A stretch of 64,000 nt of DNA from a virus: the IMG/VR virus record IMGVR_UViG_3300025769_010106, positions 32,001 through 96,000 of that record; one strand, 5' to 3'. Both the position numbers and the translations under genes were made by a program. This document shows, piece after piece, positions 53,940 to 64,000 of this stretch. How positions within the stretch are numbered: position 1 is the stretch's first letter; every line of letters begins with the position of its first letter. The notes under the pieces are model-generated. The model had not been told where the DNA came from. It saw only the letters and a list, made by a program, of their open reading frames with translations, and searched no databases.

Positions 53940-56900
53940 TAGTAATTATATCCAGTGTTAGTAATATTTGTATTGTTAGTCACTGTATTTACAGTTGTAG
54001 AAAGTGAGCTTTTTCCTGCACTTACGCTTTCAACACTAAGATTATCAGATGCGGTATTTACTACTGTTCCTGATGCAGTCAATTGACTAGCAGTAATAAC
54101 AGAAATAATTTCTACATCATTAACTGTCGCACTGCTTATAAAGATCTCGTCTCTTGCACTTGTAATTTGAAGTAAACTACCAAAGACGTTGGTTGTGTCT
54201 TTAGGTACTATAGTAATACTAAGAACATCTGGGGACAATTCTTGATGAAGATAAGCATCTAATTCACTGAAGTAAAAAGTGTCGCCAAAATCCCAATTTT
54301 CAAGAGCAAAATAATTATTAATTGCTCTGATTACATTTGCTTTAATTTCACTATCACTTTTTAAAGTAGCTTGATTTTTAATTACTTTAAATGTTGCTTG
54401 TAAACTAGCATCTGCTTTACTGCCAAACAATGGTCTAAAATTTATAGAGTGGAATATTAGAGCATCACTAACGCTTTTATTGGATTCAAGATTGCCAAAT
54501 GAATCTCTTAACTCTAGTGTTGAAGGTTTAGTAGGCTTTTCTACTCTGCCAGTGATATCTGTTACCCAATTTCTAAAATCTGTGTTATATTGTCTTGTAA
54601 GAATATAAAGATCAATAATATTACTTGGACTTGGATCGATTCTTCTATTATTGGGCGCATTGTGACTATACTGGAATAATAAATTATTTCTTCCAGTTTT
54701 CTTTATATAATCTGTTGTAATCTTTATATTTTTTGTACCGCCAGAAGCTTCATAAAGTATGTAAAATACTCCTGTACTTGAAGCATAAAATATTTGCCCT
54801 AGACTATAACTAGCAAGTATAGTTCTTATTTCACTTTCTGTGGTGTATGTTGTTTCTATAGTTGAATCAACTACTGGTTTGTATCTAGTAAACCCTGCCG
54901 AATCTAGGTATGTTGTATAAAAAACTACTTTTCTGGCACTGTTTGTATCAGGAGATACGATTGTTTCAAAAACCTCTGGATCGTCAGGCACTCCATCACT
55001 ATCACTGTCAGGAAAGGTTACTTTAATTTTTTCATTAAGAGTGAACCCATCTGATTCAATATATGCTTTATCTATTTGTAGGGGAATATCTAAACCTATA
55101 GGCAAACTGCTGTCAGGCTTGTTATTGACTTTTAAAACTTTAATAGTGTCCTTAACAGTTTTGCCTGATACGGGATCAAAAACTTTTAGATCGCTGTCAA
55201 AGTAAAAGCGAGTTTCCTTTACACTTTCAAATGTATAAGTGGTACTTCTATATTTTACAGTATAGGTTGCACCATCATTTGTGAATAATAGAAACCAACT
55301 GTTGTCTAATCCTAAATTACTTTGATCTCCAGTATTTGTAAGACTAAAAGTTGTACTTTGGTTTAGATTTAGGCTACTGATAATTTCCCATGTTCCAGTT
55401 TCATAATCATATCGTAACCCAAAAGTTTTAAATGTAGCAATATTGTCTGCTATAGTTGACTTGTTTTGACTAGTTAGCGTGTTGTTCCACACAGGGTAAA
55501 TTTTAGAAAGTATTGCCCCTGTTGGAATTATCTCGCTCATAGTCACTGGGCCTGTGCCATTTCTAAGATTACCCACGCCTTGATTTGTACCATCATCAAC
55601 AACTTTAATAATACTTGCCCAAATATAATCTTTAGTATTCAAATCTCCACTTGAACCAGTTATGATAGTATTATTAATATCAAAAACTTTACCAGCTGGA
55701 GCAACAAATTTAAGTAAACTATTTGTATTAGCATACTTCAAACTACTACTAGCAAAACTACCAATTGATGCTGGATTGCCAGCTGAATTTTTAAAATAGC
55801 CAGTTACAGTACCAAAACTCCTTGTAGTTTGTTGCCATGTACTGTTAAGACTGGCAGCATCCTTTTTAGTATAATTTTTTATGTAAAAATGAAAACTTTC
55901 ATTATTTTGAATAATCGGTTCAATTCGTCGTGAAAGAACATTGAATATGTCACTTCTAGTAGTAAAATTAAAACTAAAACTATTAACAGGCTCGTCAATA
56001 AACAGAATACCATCACTAGCAACAATATTTGTACTGCTGTATTTTCCAGTTGTATCACGCACATCTAGGTATCTGCTGATACCACTTGATGTACGATTTA
56101 CCGCTTTACTTTTTAAAATATCTGTATAGTTTGTAAATGGGAAGATCTGATAATCTTCAGCGTTAATCATACGATTTTGAGTATAGTATTGCTGTTGTGC
56201 CTTTAACTTTACATCATTTAAATTTTCTCTGGCACTTGCATTAGAAATTGTAGTTTGAAGTGCAAGATTTACTGTAAGGCTCTGTAGTGTATTTGTCTTG
56301 CTGACATAGGGAATATTGATCTCTATATCCTGCATATCACGTGGAGCGATTTTATAGGTTAACCCATTACCCACTCTAAAATAGGTTCTAAAATTACCCA
56401 CTGGGGTAGTAGTGAAAACATCATCACCAAATACTATATTGATTCTATCATTAACAGCACTTTCTACAGCGAATAAAGTTTTTATTTCCTTACTCAAGCT
56501 ATTATAAATTACGTTAGTACCATTTAGCGCAGGTACTTTTGTCCATCTTGTTGATTCATTACCCTGTGAATCTAATTCATATAACCAAACATCATTATTG
56601 TCAATGCCATTTACGCTTAATTCTACTACACGGTTTGGCAACTTTTCATTAATTGAAAAATCTACAGTTTGCAGGCTTCCTTGTTTAAAATAAAAGAAGA
56701 AACCAGTGTTAATACTATTAAACCCTCTATCGTCACTTCTGTAAATTAAGTTTAATGTATCCCTTGGTCCTGGGGGGACTTCATATAGATAGTTTGAACC
56801 ACTATATGTTCCATTAACTACTTCAAAATCTATAGTTCTACCATTTACGTTAGTAGAGAATTCATAAGCAGCAATACTACTGGGTATAGTTCTAATATTA

Positions 56901-57460
56901 TATTCTTCAATTTTAATTCCACCTATAGATGTTCTTAATGATGGATTACTAAACTGCTGCGTACCAACCATGGCTGCATTCATAATAGTTGTAAATTGTT
57001 CTAGGAAATCTGGATTTGTTGTATCGCCCCAAAAAATTTCAGTATCTTGAAGATTGTTACCATTGCTATCAAAAACTTCTTCACTCGTGCGTACACTAGT
57101 TACTTTTAGTAACCCTCGCCCAATTTGGCTACGCTTTACATTGTAATTAAGCATCCTGGCAAGACGTAAAATACTTGAACGTCTTTGTGCAGTTTCTAGG
57201 AAATTTTCTCTTGCATTAAGATCAACACGGAAACTCATACTCTGAGTTAGAAATGCTATAATATCAATTAGAGCTATATATTCACTACTCTCAATGAAGT
57301 CATTGAAATCTTCTGGATAATAGGTTCTAATATAATCAATTATAGTTTTACGAACAGTCTGATAGTCGTAACTTTGAAAGTTAACTTCCCTAAATGCTTC
57401 GTAAATCTTTGTCCAATCTTCAGCAGCAAATAAGTTTGATTCTCTAGTGGTACTAGCCAT
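53939..57460 (-). CDS. Baseplate wedge subunit, T4 gp6-like
   Basis: DFNDF.ESSE...DLNARENFLETAQRRSSILRLA; RINIVFGD; QNRMINAEDY. Confidence 0.85.
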   Translation of the reverse strand: MASTTRESNLFAAEDWTKIYEAFREVNFQSYDYQTVRKTIIDYIRTYYPEDFNDFIESSEYIALIDIIAFLTQSMSFRVDLNARENFLETAQRRSSILRLARMLNYNVKRSQIGRGLLKVTSVRTSEEVFDSNGNNLQDTEIFWGDTTNPDFLEQFTTIMNAAMVGTQQFSNPSLRTSIGGIKIEEYNIRTIPSSIAAYEFSTNVNGRTIDFEVVNGTYSGSNYLYEVPPGPRDTLNLIYRSDDRGFNSINTGFFFYFKQGSLQTVDFSINEKLPNRVVELSVNGIDNNDVWLYELDSQGNESTRWTKVPALNGTNVIYNSLSKEIKTLFAVESAVNDRINIVFGDDVFTTTPVGNFRTYFRVGNGLTYKIAPRDMQDIEINIPYVSKTNTLQSLTVNLALQTTISNASARENLNDVKLKAQQQYYTQNRMINAEDYQIFPFTNYTDILKSKAVNRTSSGISRYLDVRDTTGKYSSTNIVASDGILFIDEPVNSFSFNFTTRSDIFNVLSRRIEPIIQNNESFHFYIKNYTKKDAASLNSTWQQTTRSFGTVTGYFKNSAGNPASIGSFASSSLKYANTNSLLKFVAPAGKVFDINNTIITGSSGDLNTKDYIWASIIKVVDDGTNQGVGNLRNGTGPVTMSEIIPTGAILSKIYPVWNNTLTSQNKSTIADNIATFKTFGLRYDYETGTWEIISSLNLNQSTTFSLTNTGDQSNLGLDNSWFLLFTNDGATYTVKYRSTTYTFESVKETRFYFDSDLKVFDPVSGKTVKDTIKVLKVNNKPDSSLPIGLDIPLQIDKAYIESDGFTLNEKIKVTFPDSDSDGVPDDPEVFETIVSPDTNSARKVVFYTTYLDSAGFTRYKPVVDSTIETTYTTESEIRTILASYSLGQIFYASSTGVFYILYEASGGTKNIKITTDYIKKTGRNNLLFQYSHNAPNNRRIDPSPSNIIDLYILTRQYNTDFRNWVTDITGRVEKPTKPSTLELRDSFGNLESNKSVSDALIFHSINFRPLFGSKADASLQATFKVIKNQATLKSDSEIKANVIRAINNYFALENWDFGDTFYFSELDAYLHQELSPDVLSITIVPKDTTNVFGSLLQITSARDEIFISSATVNDVEIISVITASQLTASGTVVNTASDNLSVESVSAGKSSLSTTVNTVTNNTNITNTGYNY

Positions 57461-57485
57461 TAATTTATCTCACGTTGTTATACTA

Positions 57486-57493
57486 TATTTATT
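57486..57493 (-). promoter_or_regulatory. Late-promoter-like box AATAAATA
   Basis: Intergenic, upstream of the gp6-like gene. Confidence 0.5.
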
Positions 57494-57513
57494 TGTTATA
57501 GAATATACGTATA

Positions 57514-57879
57514 TTATAGGTTATTATCACGTAAGAATGTGATTAGTAATCGCTCACTAGCATCAGTAGCCACAAAAACCAAGTCAACTTCTACTTGAAT
57601 ACCATTATCAAATTCAGATACTATTATATCTTGCGCAATTACCCTAGGATCGTAATCAATTGTGGTTTGCACTTCTTGAAGAATGGCATCTTTTGTTTCT
57701 TCAGTTAATGGATCCATTATATACTCGTATATACTTGATCCAAAGTCAGTGTTGAATAATTTTTCACCCTTACGTATAGCAAAATGGTTTAATATATCGC
57801 GCTTAATAAGATCTTCATCAGACAGGCTTACTGATTGGAAACTGTTATTTAAAGTAGTATAGCCACGGTATAAAGACAT
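57514..57879 (-). CDS. Baseplate wedge subunit, gp25-like
   Basis: IKRDILNHF.IRKGEK...FGS.I....DPL...YDPRV. Confidence 0.88.
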   Translation of the reverse strand: MSLYRGYTTLNNSFQSVSLSDEDLIKRDILNHFAIRKGEKLFNTDFGSSIYEYIMDPLTEETKDAILQEVQTTIDYDPRVIAQDIIVSEFDNGIQVEVDLVFVATDASERLLITFLRDNNL

Positions 57880-57894
57880 AGTATGTTATTTACC

Positions 57895-60045
57895 CTATAT
57901 GTATAAACCTTGCCTAGCAAAGTAATCAAAGTTCTCTCTGGATTGTTCATAAGCACTTGCTCCCTTTTGAGCATATGTGGATAGCTTTTTATACAAGTCT
58001 TGAGAAGATTCAATAACTGTTGTGCCTGGTATAGGCTTAGGTTCTAAAAATTCGCCAGCCCTTAATTTTTTTGCATAATCAGATCCAGACGCATATGATG
58101 CTGTTAGCATAGCTGATACGACATTGGGTGCATCTGTAGCTTTTATACCGCCATTAGTAGCTAATTCTTGATATTTTTTTGCCAGATCTTTTTGGAATAT
58201 GTCTTCTTGAAGAAAAGAGTTAGCAAAAAAGTCGTCTAGATCACCAACACCATTTTTTCCAGTCCAAATTCTAGGATCAGATAGTTGGCCATTAAAGACA
58301 GCTTCAGGTTTAATAAATCCTTGCTCTTTTAAAGTTTGTGTAGTAAGTCCAAACTTACCTATAGCCCTCGTTACACTATCAACATGATTATATTTTCCAT
58401 TGCTACCTACTAACTCTGAAATGCCAGCTGAAATAGATCTCATGTTATTTGCATCTAGAACACCCAGAGGATCTGGTAAAGACTGGTTCACTAAAACTGC
58501 TTCGTTAATTTTTTCACTGTTGGCACCCTCTAGGATACTATCTAAACCATCGTCGCTAACCACAGGAGGATTTTTGGGAAATGAAACTGTTTTATTAATA
58601 TCTCCATTAAACACTGTAGGTTGTGTTGTTATTCCATGTTCTACGTAAGGCTCGTGTGTTGGCGCACGATCCACTGTTGTTTTTAATTCGTTATTGGCAT
58701 TCCAAAAACCTTTACCATCAATCATAGTATCTTTTAGAGTTGCTAAAGGTATAGCTTTGCCTTTGGCTGCTCCTGCTGCACTTCCTTGTAGAGCTATACA
58801 ACCTGCTTTAACGTTAAGTGATGGTCCAGCTTTAAGATTCATTGTGCCTGAGGATTCAATATTTGCTGCTGAACCACTCTTAATGTCAATCCCCTTCGAG
58901 CCAAACATTCTTGCTGATCCTTTGCCAGAAAATACATCTATAAGAGTTCCTCCCTCTAAGTGTGTTGTGTTTTCACTTACTAATTGAATAGTAGACTTAG
59001 CATGAAACTTAATATTTTGATCTGCATGGAAATTTATATTTTTACTACGAACATTAACGTTGGTTTCACTGTATAGGTCAAGTTGACCTTTCTTATCCAT
59101 CTGAATCCATGATGTGCCGCTGGAATTACTAATGTAAATAAAATCTTCTGTATCATGCAGTAGTATTTGATGACCATGGCTTGTTCTTATACGTACCTGA
59201 TTGTTGTTACCTTCAATATCACCATCATCCATGGTTAGTGAGTGGCCACGAGCTCTTCCGGATTTCCCAAGAAGTGTGTTAAGGTCATCTCCCACTAATT
59301 TAGTAGCCGGGTTATTTTTGAGACTACTTATAACAGGTGTTTTTGATATGTCTACACCGGTTTTAGATTTTCGCCTTCCCTTTGTTGTTATACCTACAAG
59401 TTCACTAGGAGTCTCACGCATGTAATTACTGGTCGTAAGACCTCGAAATTCGTCCTTATCTAATCCCTGTTTCTTTAATGAACTAAAAGAGTCTAAATCT
59501 ATTTTCCTTTTAGGTTTGAGCCAGTTAGTTAATTTACTAGTATCTTCTATACGATCATTTAGGTCGAGCGCAGGTGCACGAGTATGTCTAGGGCCATCAC
59601 TTCCTTCACTAACAAAATTACTAGTCATCCCAGATTCAGGTAATGTTTGCATCATATATGCATCAGGTGCACAGGCAAACCAAAAACCTTCAGCATTTCT
59701 ACCTTCTGGAAACACACAAAGGACTCGTGTTCCAATGTCCGGACACGGATAAACTATACCACCTACACTCTTTGTACCGTCCTGGGCTTCAGATCTACTG
59801 TAAAACGGGGTTGCATATCTAACCTGTCGCCATTGCGAGGTAGTTTCTTCAAGAGGTTTACCAGTTTGAGTACCAGTATTTCCGTATTGGGGGATGAATA
59901 CACTTAAAACGCCCATATGAGTTGGATGTGAATTTACCTTTACAATACCAATTACTATGCCTTTATCTTCATGTATTCCGCGGACGTCTTCAGTTTTGAA
60001 ATCTTTATCGCCACCCTTTGCCCCTAAATTTGTATAATCAAACAT
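57895..60045 (-). CDS. Baseplate hub/central spike, gp5/VgrG-like, with a C-terminal lysozyme-like domain
   Basis: OB-fold PDIGTRVLCVF, GHSLTMDD/GHQILLHD/SWIQMD beta-helix repeats, PTHEPY..H. Confidence 0.8.
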   Translation of the reverse strand: MFDYTNLGAKGGDKDFKTEDVRGIHEDKGIVIGIVKVNSHPTHMGVLSVFIPQYGNTGTQTGKPLEETTSQWRQVRYATPFYSRSEAQDGTKSVGGIVYPCPDIGTRVLCVFPEGRNAEGFWFACAPDAYMMQTLPESGMTSNFVSEGSDGPRHTRAPALDLNDRIEDTSKLTNWLKPKRKIDLDSFSSLKKQGLDKDEFRGLTTSNYMRETPSELVGITTKGRRKSKTGVDISKTPVISSLKNNPATKLVGDDLNTLLGKSGRARGHSLTMDDGDIEGNNNQVRIRTSHGHQILLHDTEDFIYISNSSGTSWIQMDKKGQLDLYSETNVNVRSKNINFHADQNIKFHAKSTIQLVSENTTHLEGGTLIDVFSGKGSARMFGSKGIDIKSGSAANIESSGTMNLKAGPSLNVKAGCIALQGSAAGAAKGKAIPLATLKDTMIDGKGFWNANNELKTTVDRAPTHEPYVEHGITTQPTVFNGDINKTVSFPKNPPVVSDDGLDSILEGANSEKINEAVLVNQSLPDPLGVLDANNMRSISAGISELVGSNGKYNHVDSVTRAIGKFGLTTQTLKEQGFIKPEAVFNGQLSDPRIWTGKNGVGDLDDFFANSFLQEDIFQKDLAKKYQELATNGGIKATDAPNVVSAMLTASYASGSDYAKKLRAGEFLEPKPIPGTTVIESSQDLYKKLSTYAQKGASAYEQSRENFDYFARQGLYI

Positions 60046-60070
60046 TAGCCATATCCTATCCTTTGTTTTT

Positions 60071-63000
60071 TTAAAAGTCTGTTGGCAACAGATCTATGTT
60101 AAAAGGTAAGTTAGTTACTTTAGATCTGCCACCCAAATTAGTATTACTATCTAAATTAGTAATTGAACTGGGATCATCTTGCAACTGTTCACTTATCCTT
60201 CGCTGGTTGTCTAATTCTACTAGAGCAGGATCATCTTGCAAGGATTCACTTGTTGTAGGTACATTAGCACGTACTTTAGCACCCGCAGTTGATTTTACTT
60301 TAACAGGCGTAGCACCAAGACCATATCCTATCATGTTCGCTTCTTCTATATCTTTTTGTTCTTGAATAGCCCTTTGGTTATCCAAATATTTGCCAGATTC
60401 TTTACTACGAACAACTGTATCTTTTACTGGCTGCATATGAGTTCTGAACCCTTCTAGTTTTTGAGAGAATATGCCTCCTGCAAAAGTAGTTTGTATTTCA
60501 ACAATCTGATAAACTCCACTAAATTCACTCGTAGAATACTTACTATTGGTGTTTGGATTAGCTAGACCTGACAGATCATCATAGTCAATTGGAGTTTTTA
60601 GATTAACCTGTATATAGGGAGGACTTAAATCATAATTTAATGTGTCGTCTGGCATGTAGGGAGTATTATACAGTTCCCTTCTTAGTTCTTTATCTTGCCA
60701 AAAACTATCCCCTGTAGGAATATATGCAGGATCTCCTACAACATCTAATTTTAACCCAATAAGATCAGTACCATCATGCATTATTGTACTGAATAAATCT
60801 TTTGCACGTTTTTCTTCAACTGTTGTATCTGTTTTTAAGCTTTCACCTTCAGTACTTTTGGGTGTGGTCCTTATTTGAGGAGATGCAAAAGTGTCATGAG
60901 TTTTATTGTCTACAGGTACACCTGTTCCTAAAGTATGTGCCTGATAGTATGCCGTATCAAAATCTAATGCAAACCCTGTTACTTGTGTATTTTCACCAGT
61001 GAAAATATAATTGTAAATTTTATGAATACCCTGTCCCTTAGGTTTACTTGGAGGTGCCCATGGAAAATCACTGTAATAAACGTCCGTGGGAACAATATCA
61101 TATCTTATTTTAAAAGCATACCTGCCTGTTTTTTTATCCCAACCTATCACATCAATGATTTTGGGTTTAACTTTAAACCAAGAAATAGGCATATTTGTCT
61201 TACTAGTTTCATTTTTGTTATTTTCAATATCTTTTATTATATTTTTATTGATATAGTTGCTACTGACCACAATATGGGATATAAGTTGAACCAAGTTTGT
61301 ACCTCTGTTAATACGAAAAAGTTGTTTTGATTTGTCAATAGTTACAGAACCTTTTAACGCTTGTCCAAACTGTTTTGATAAATTATCAATCTCAGTAGGC
61401 GTATTCTGCGGGTCAAACCTGTCAGGGACTATTTTTGCATTTAATATTTCTGGAGCAACTAAAAATGATATTTCATCAGCTAGCTCTATTTCGGCAGGAA
61501 CCGTTGTAAAATTATTACGACTTGTTTTATTAGATTCACTATCGGGAACCTGCCTAGGTTTAGTCAAACTTTTATAGTAGTCGTTTATAGCATCTGCAAT
61601 ATTGGTACTTGATTTTCCCAATATAACTTGTGTTTCAGCCCTTAGAGCATCCTCCACATTAATTGCGTTACCACCACTTAAGGTCGCGGCGGCTATATTA
61701 TTTTGAATATCCTGATCAGTATATTTTCTTTCGTTTGTAAATCCCTGTACACTTTTAGAAAAAATATCTCCAACATTATTTGCTTGTATTTGAATATTGA
61801 TTGGAATGGTTGAACGAATATTTTTAAACACATCCTGATGGTATGGTATACCCGCACATTTATAAGTAGCTCCTGATGCATCAACACTAAATTTAATTTC
61901 CATTATTCTTATTGGAATGTATTTTGGTGCAATTAACTTATTAGACGGTTTACCATTATCATCATATCCCTTGAATGATATTTCCAAACAATAGGGAGTT
62001 TGTATGTAGTTTTGTTCTTCTTCCAAACTTTGTTTAGCTTGTTCTCTTAATCTATCTATTAAAGTCACACCACGTGGTTCAGTAATATCAAAAGTCACCT
62101 CAACTGTGTTTGTATTAGCGTTAAATTTACTAGGACTTGCGGCTGAATTAACTAATTTAAGGTTATCAATATAAAAATCTGTGTTAAATTCACTTGCCCT
62201 ATCTGGATCTCCATCTACCCCACCACTTCTGCAAACTAAAAATTTTGGTATTTGAGAAAATGACTTTGGTGCACTCATAAGATTAACATATGTTTTGGGT
62301 GTTAGCATGTACAATGCAATGTTATAGGTATAACTAGCATAGTCGTCAAGTAAATTACGTTGAGGATCAATAGTTACAGATCCAGGAGGCTTAACGAAGG
62401 CACGGTTATTAGATTCATCATTATTTGTGCTAGTTTTAGGAGTACCTACTTGAGAAGTCGTTGGCCGACCAAAACTATCTACACCTTCGTCATCAACTGG
62501 TATACCCTGATCATCATCTTTTGAATTTCCTCTTATTATTCTGTTTCCGTTAGTAATTTCTTCTTGTCTTGGGGGCACACCTTGAGGGTCGTTTCCAAAT
62601 CCAGAGTTATTGTTTGCACTATTTGGTTGTGGACCTGTACCAAATTCGCCTTGCTCAAGCAGCAGCTTTTCCTGTGCGGTTAACACCCCAGGTTGAGGAT
62701 CAAAAGGGCCAGTATCCTCTTCATTATTGCCTATAGCTGTGTCTAATGGGTTAATAGTAGGTGCACCACCAAATTCACCTTGAGGGTCGTTTCCAAATTC
62801 AAAGTTATTGTTTGCAGTATTTTCCCCTGCTGCCACAGAAGATCCACCACTACTAATTGATGGCCAATCTGGCGATATACCAAAAACTGCGTCACCACCC
62901 AACTCAATCGCAGGAAGTTGTGAAGCTACTGACTGTTTAACAGTTCTTATACTGCTAGCAAAAACTGGATGTGTTTCCTGTTGTATTGTTTGTACACGTG

Positions 63001-63265
63001 GATCTAAAATATCATTACTATTAACAAGAAAATATCCCTCAGGTAGGTTGGGGTCATCTTGTACTCTATCTTCTCCTAAAACGTTTTTAAGTTCCTGTTT
63101 TTGAGGCTGGTAAAGTTTTTGTACTTCTACCTTGGACCAATCTCTAGCAATAGTAAGCTGTCGATCAGCTTCAGCGGCGGCGAGGGCACGGCCCAGCGGC
63201 CCTTGAACTTCATTAGCTTCTAAAACTTTAAAAATACCTTGAGGGGTTATTATTGTTTTCGCCAT
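60071..63265 (-). CDS. Baseplate hub-like tail protein with a low-complexity N-terminus
   Basis: NLLDDYASYTYNIALY, FDITEPRG, K.YNYIFTGEN, VVGDP, SGVYQI; located between gp53-like and gp5-like genes. Confidence 0.65.
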   Translation of the reverse strand: MAKTIITPQGIFKVLEANEVQGPLGRALAAAEADRQLTIARDWSKVEVQKLYQPQKQELKNVLGEDRVQDDPNLPEGYFLVNSNDILDPRVQTIQQETHPVFASSIRTVKQSVASQLPAIELGGDAVFGISPDWPSISSGGSSVAAGENTANNNFEFGNDPQGEFGGAPTINPLDTAIGNNEEDTGPFDPQPGVLTAQEKLLLEQGEFGTGPQPNSANNNSGFGNDPQGVPPRQEEITNGNRIIRGNSKDDDQGIPVDDEGVDSFGRPTTSQVGTPKTSTNNDESNNRAFVKPPGSVTIDPQRNLLDDYASYTYNIALYMLTPKTYVNLMSAPKSFSQIPKFLVCRSGGVDGDPDRASEFNTDFYIDNLKLVNSAASPSKFNANTNTVEVTFDITEPRGVTLIDRLREQAKQSLEEEQNYIQTPYCLEISFKGYDDNGKPSNKLIAPKYIPIRIMEIKFSVDASGATYKCAGIPYHQDVFKNIRSTIPINIQIQANNVGDIFSKSVQGFTNERKYTDQDIQNNIAAATLSGGNAINVEDALRAETQVILGKSSTNIADAINDYYKSLTKPRQVPDSESNKTSRNNFTTVPAEIELADEISFLVAPEILNAKIVPDRFDPQNTPTEIDNLSKQFGQALKGSVTIDKSKQLFRINRGTNLVQLISHIVVSSNYINKNIIKDIENNKNETSKTNMPISWFKVKPKIIDVIGWDKKTGRYAFKIRYDIVPTDVYYSDFPWAPPSKPKGQGIHKIYNYIFTGENTQVTGFALDFDTAYYQAHTLGTGVPVDNKTHDTFASPQIRTTPKSTEGESLKTDTTVEEKRAKDLFSTIMHDGTDLIGLKLDVVGDPAYIPTGDSFWQDKELRRELYNTPYMPDDTLNYDLSPPYIQVNLKTPIDYDDLSGLANPNTNSKYSTSEFSGVYQIVEIQTTFAGGIFSQKLEGFRTHMQPVKDTVVRSKESGKYLDNQRAIQEQKDIEEANMIGYGLGATPVKVKSTAGAKVRANVPTTSESLQDDPALVELDNQRRISEQLQDDPSSITNLDSNTNLGGRSKVTNLPFNIDLLPTDF
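62578..62816 (-). repeat. Imperfect 41-bp direct repeat (ANNNxxFGNDPQG x2)
   Basis: Copies at 62578-62618 and 62776-62816. Confidence 0.8.
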
Positions 63266-63275
63266 GTTTTACCCT

Positions 63276-63581
63276 TCATAGACCCAGGGCTCTTTGTATA
63301 TTCTGTTGTTTAGGTATAAAAAATTTTGTTCCTTGTGTAAAGTCAAAAACTGGATCTTCAAAAACATTAGGATTTCGCGAAATGAATACCCACCATAAAT
63401 TGGAATTTCCATACAAATCCGCTGCTAATAGATCTGGCCTAAACTCATATAGTTTATCTAATGTGTATATTACATCATCTTTTTCAGCGGGAATAGATCT
63501 ATATTCAAGGATATCTAAATAGTCATTGTTAACAATGTCTGTGTTAAAATATTGGCTATCAGGTGTATATTGAGTAACCAT
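63276..63581 (-). CDS. Baseplate wedge gp53/LysM-like protein
   Basis: YEFRPDLLAADLYG...LWWVF..RN. Confidence 0.85.
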   Translation of the reverse strand: MVTQYTPDSQYFNTDIVNNDYLDILEYRSIPAEKDDVIYTLDKLYEFRPDLLAADLYGNSNLWWVFISRNPNVFEDPVFDFTQGTKFFIPKQQNIQRALGL

Positions 63582-64000
63582 TATAAAGTTCCTCCTCTAC
63601 CTTTAGAACTACCAATCAAATCACCTCTAGCATATTTTTCAAGACTAAATTCAGTTTGTTGTTTTCTTGAGTACACTGGTGATAGTGTTACGTTTACAGT
63701 CATTAATGTTGGGACATAGGATATGTCTTGAAGATTTTCATCAGGGTTCAATCCTGTTGCCATATAATCTACGCCACTTTCAAAATCCTGACTGAACTGA
63801 GAAACCACAACTGGCACGCTATTAAACATATAGGGTCCATAAGCACTAAAACGAAAAACAGGCGGCGGCGTGCCTTTAAGTTGGTCTTGGCCAAAAAACA
63901 TTTTATTAGATGATCTTAAAAAATTTATTACCGCCAGTACATAACGTGCTTCTTCTGATGTATTTGCTGTGAATTGTCCTATAACAGTTATATCATTTGT
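63581..64000 (-). CDS. Tail-tube initiator / gp48-gp54-like protein (5' part outside the window)
   Basis: Frame open to the window edge (TNDITVIGQFTANT...); GTPPPV..F..YG..MF..VPVVV. Confidence 0.7.
   Translation of the reverse strand, partial: TNDITVIGQFTANTSEEARYVLAVINFLRSSNKMFFGQDQLKGTPPPVFRFSAYGPYMFNSVPVVVSQFSQDFESGVDYMATGLNPDENLQDISYVPTLMTVNVTLSPVYSRKQQTEFSLEKYARGDLIGSSKGRGGTL

Noticed and set aside
1-64000. Stop-codon reassignment as seen in some large phages
   Set aside because: Genes up to 13 kb are intact in the standard code, and TAA, TAG and TGA all end genes

Overview
A 64-kb segment of a large, AT-rich, contractile-tailed (T4-superfamily-like) bacteriophage genome in the standard genetic code. 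No rRNA, tRNA, CRISPR array, integrase or transposase is visible. Left arm (1-15.6 kb, + strand): nucleotide metabolism/modification and early genes, including GNAT-like, cupin, PRTase, 2OG-Fe(II) oxygenase, queD, queE, His-phosphatase, SGNH-like, T4 RNase H-like 5' nuclease, MoxR AAA+ plus vWA/metallopeptidase, thyX, an RNA-polymerase omega-like protein and a DegT aminotransferase. These are driven by a family of AAAA(C/T)GGTTGAC sigma70-type promoters. Middle (about 14.6-33.8 kb, mostly - strand): a tightly coupled tailoring cluster of five N-terminal-twitch radical SAM enzymes, a NodU/CmcH carbamoyltransferase with a coupled 33-aa peptide, SufT, an SGNH-like protein, five glycosyltransferase-like proteins, a cytidylyltransferase and a dCMP deaminase. 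Its promoter has a perfectly palindromic spacer. Right (33.8-64 kb, - strand): tail fibre and baseplate module, with two fibres carrying C-terminal autocleaving chaperones, a 4444-aa baseplate protein, gp6-, gp25-, gp5- and gp53-like genes, and T4-like late TAAATA boxes. Best novelty candidates: (1) the multi-radical-SAM glycan/small-molecule tailoring operon next to the tail genes; (2) a preQ1-I-like pseudoknot/anti-SD switch in the queD leader; (3) a phage omega (RpoZ) mimic lacking the MAR ppGpp motif. All protein calls come from motif recognition by eye; no searches were run.
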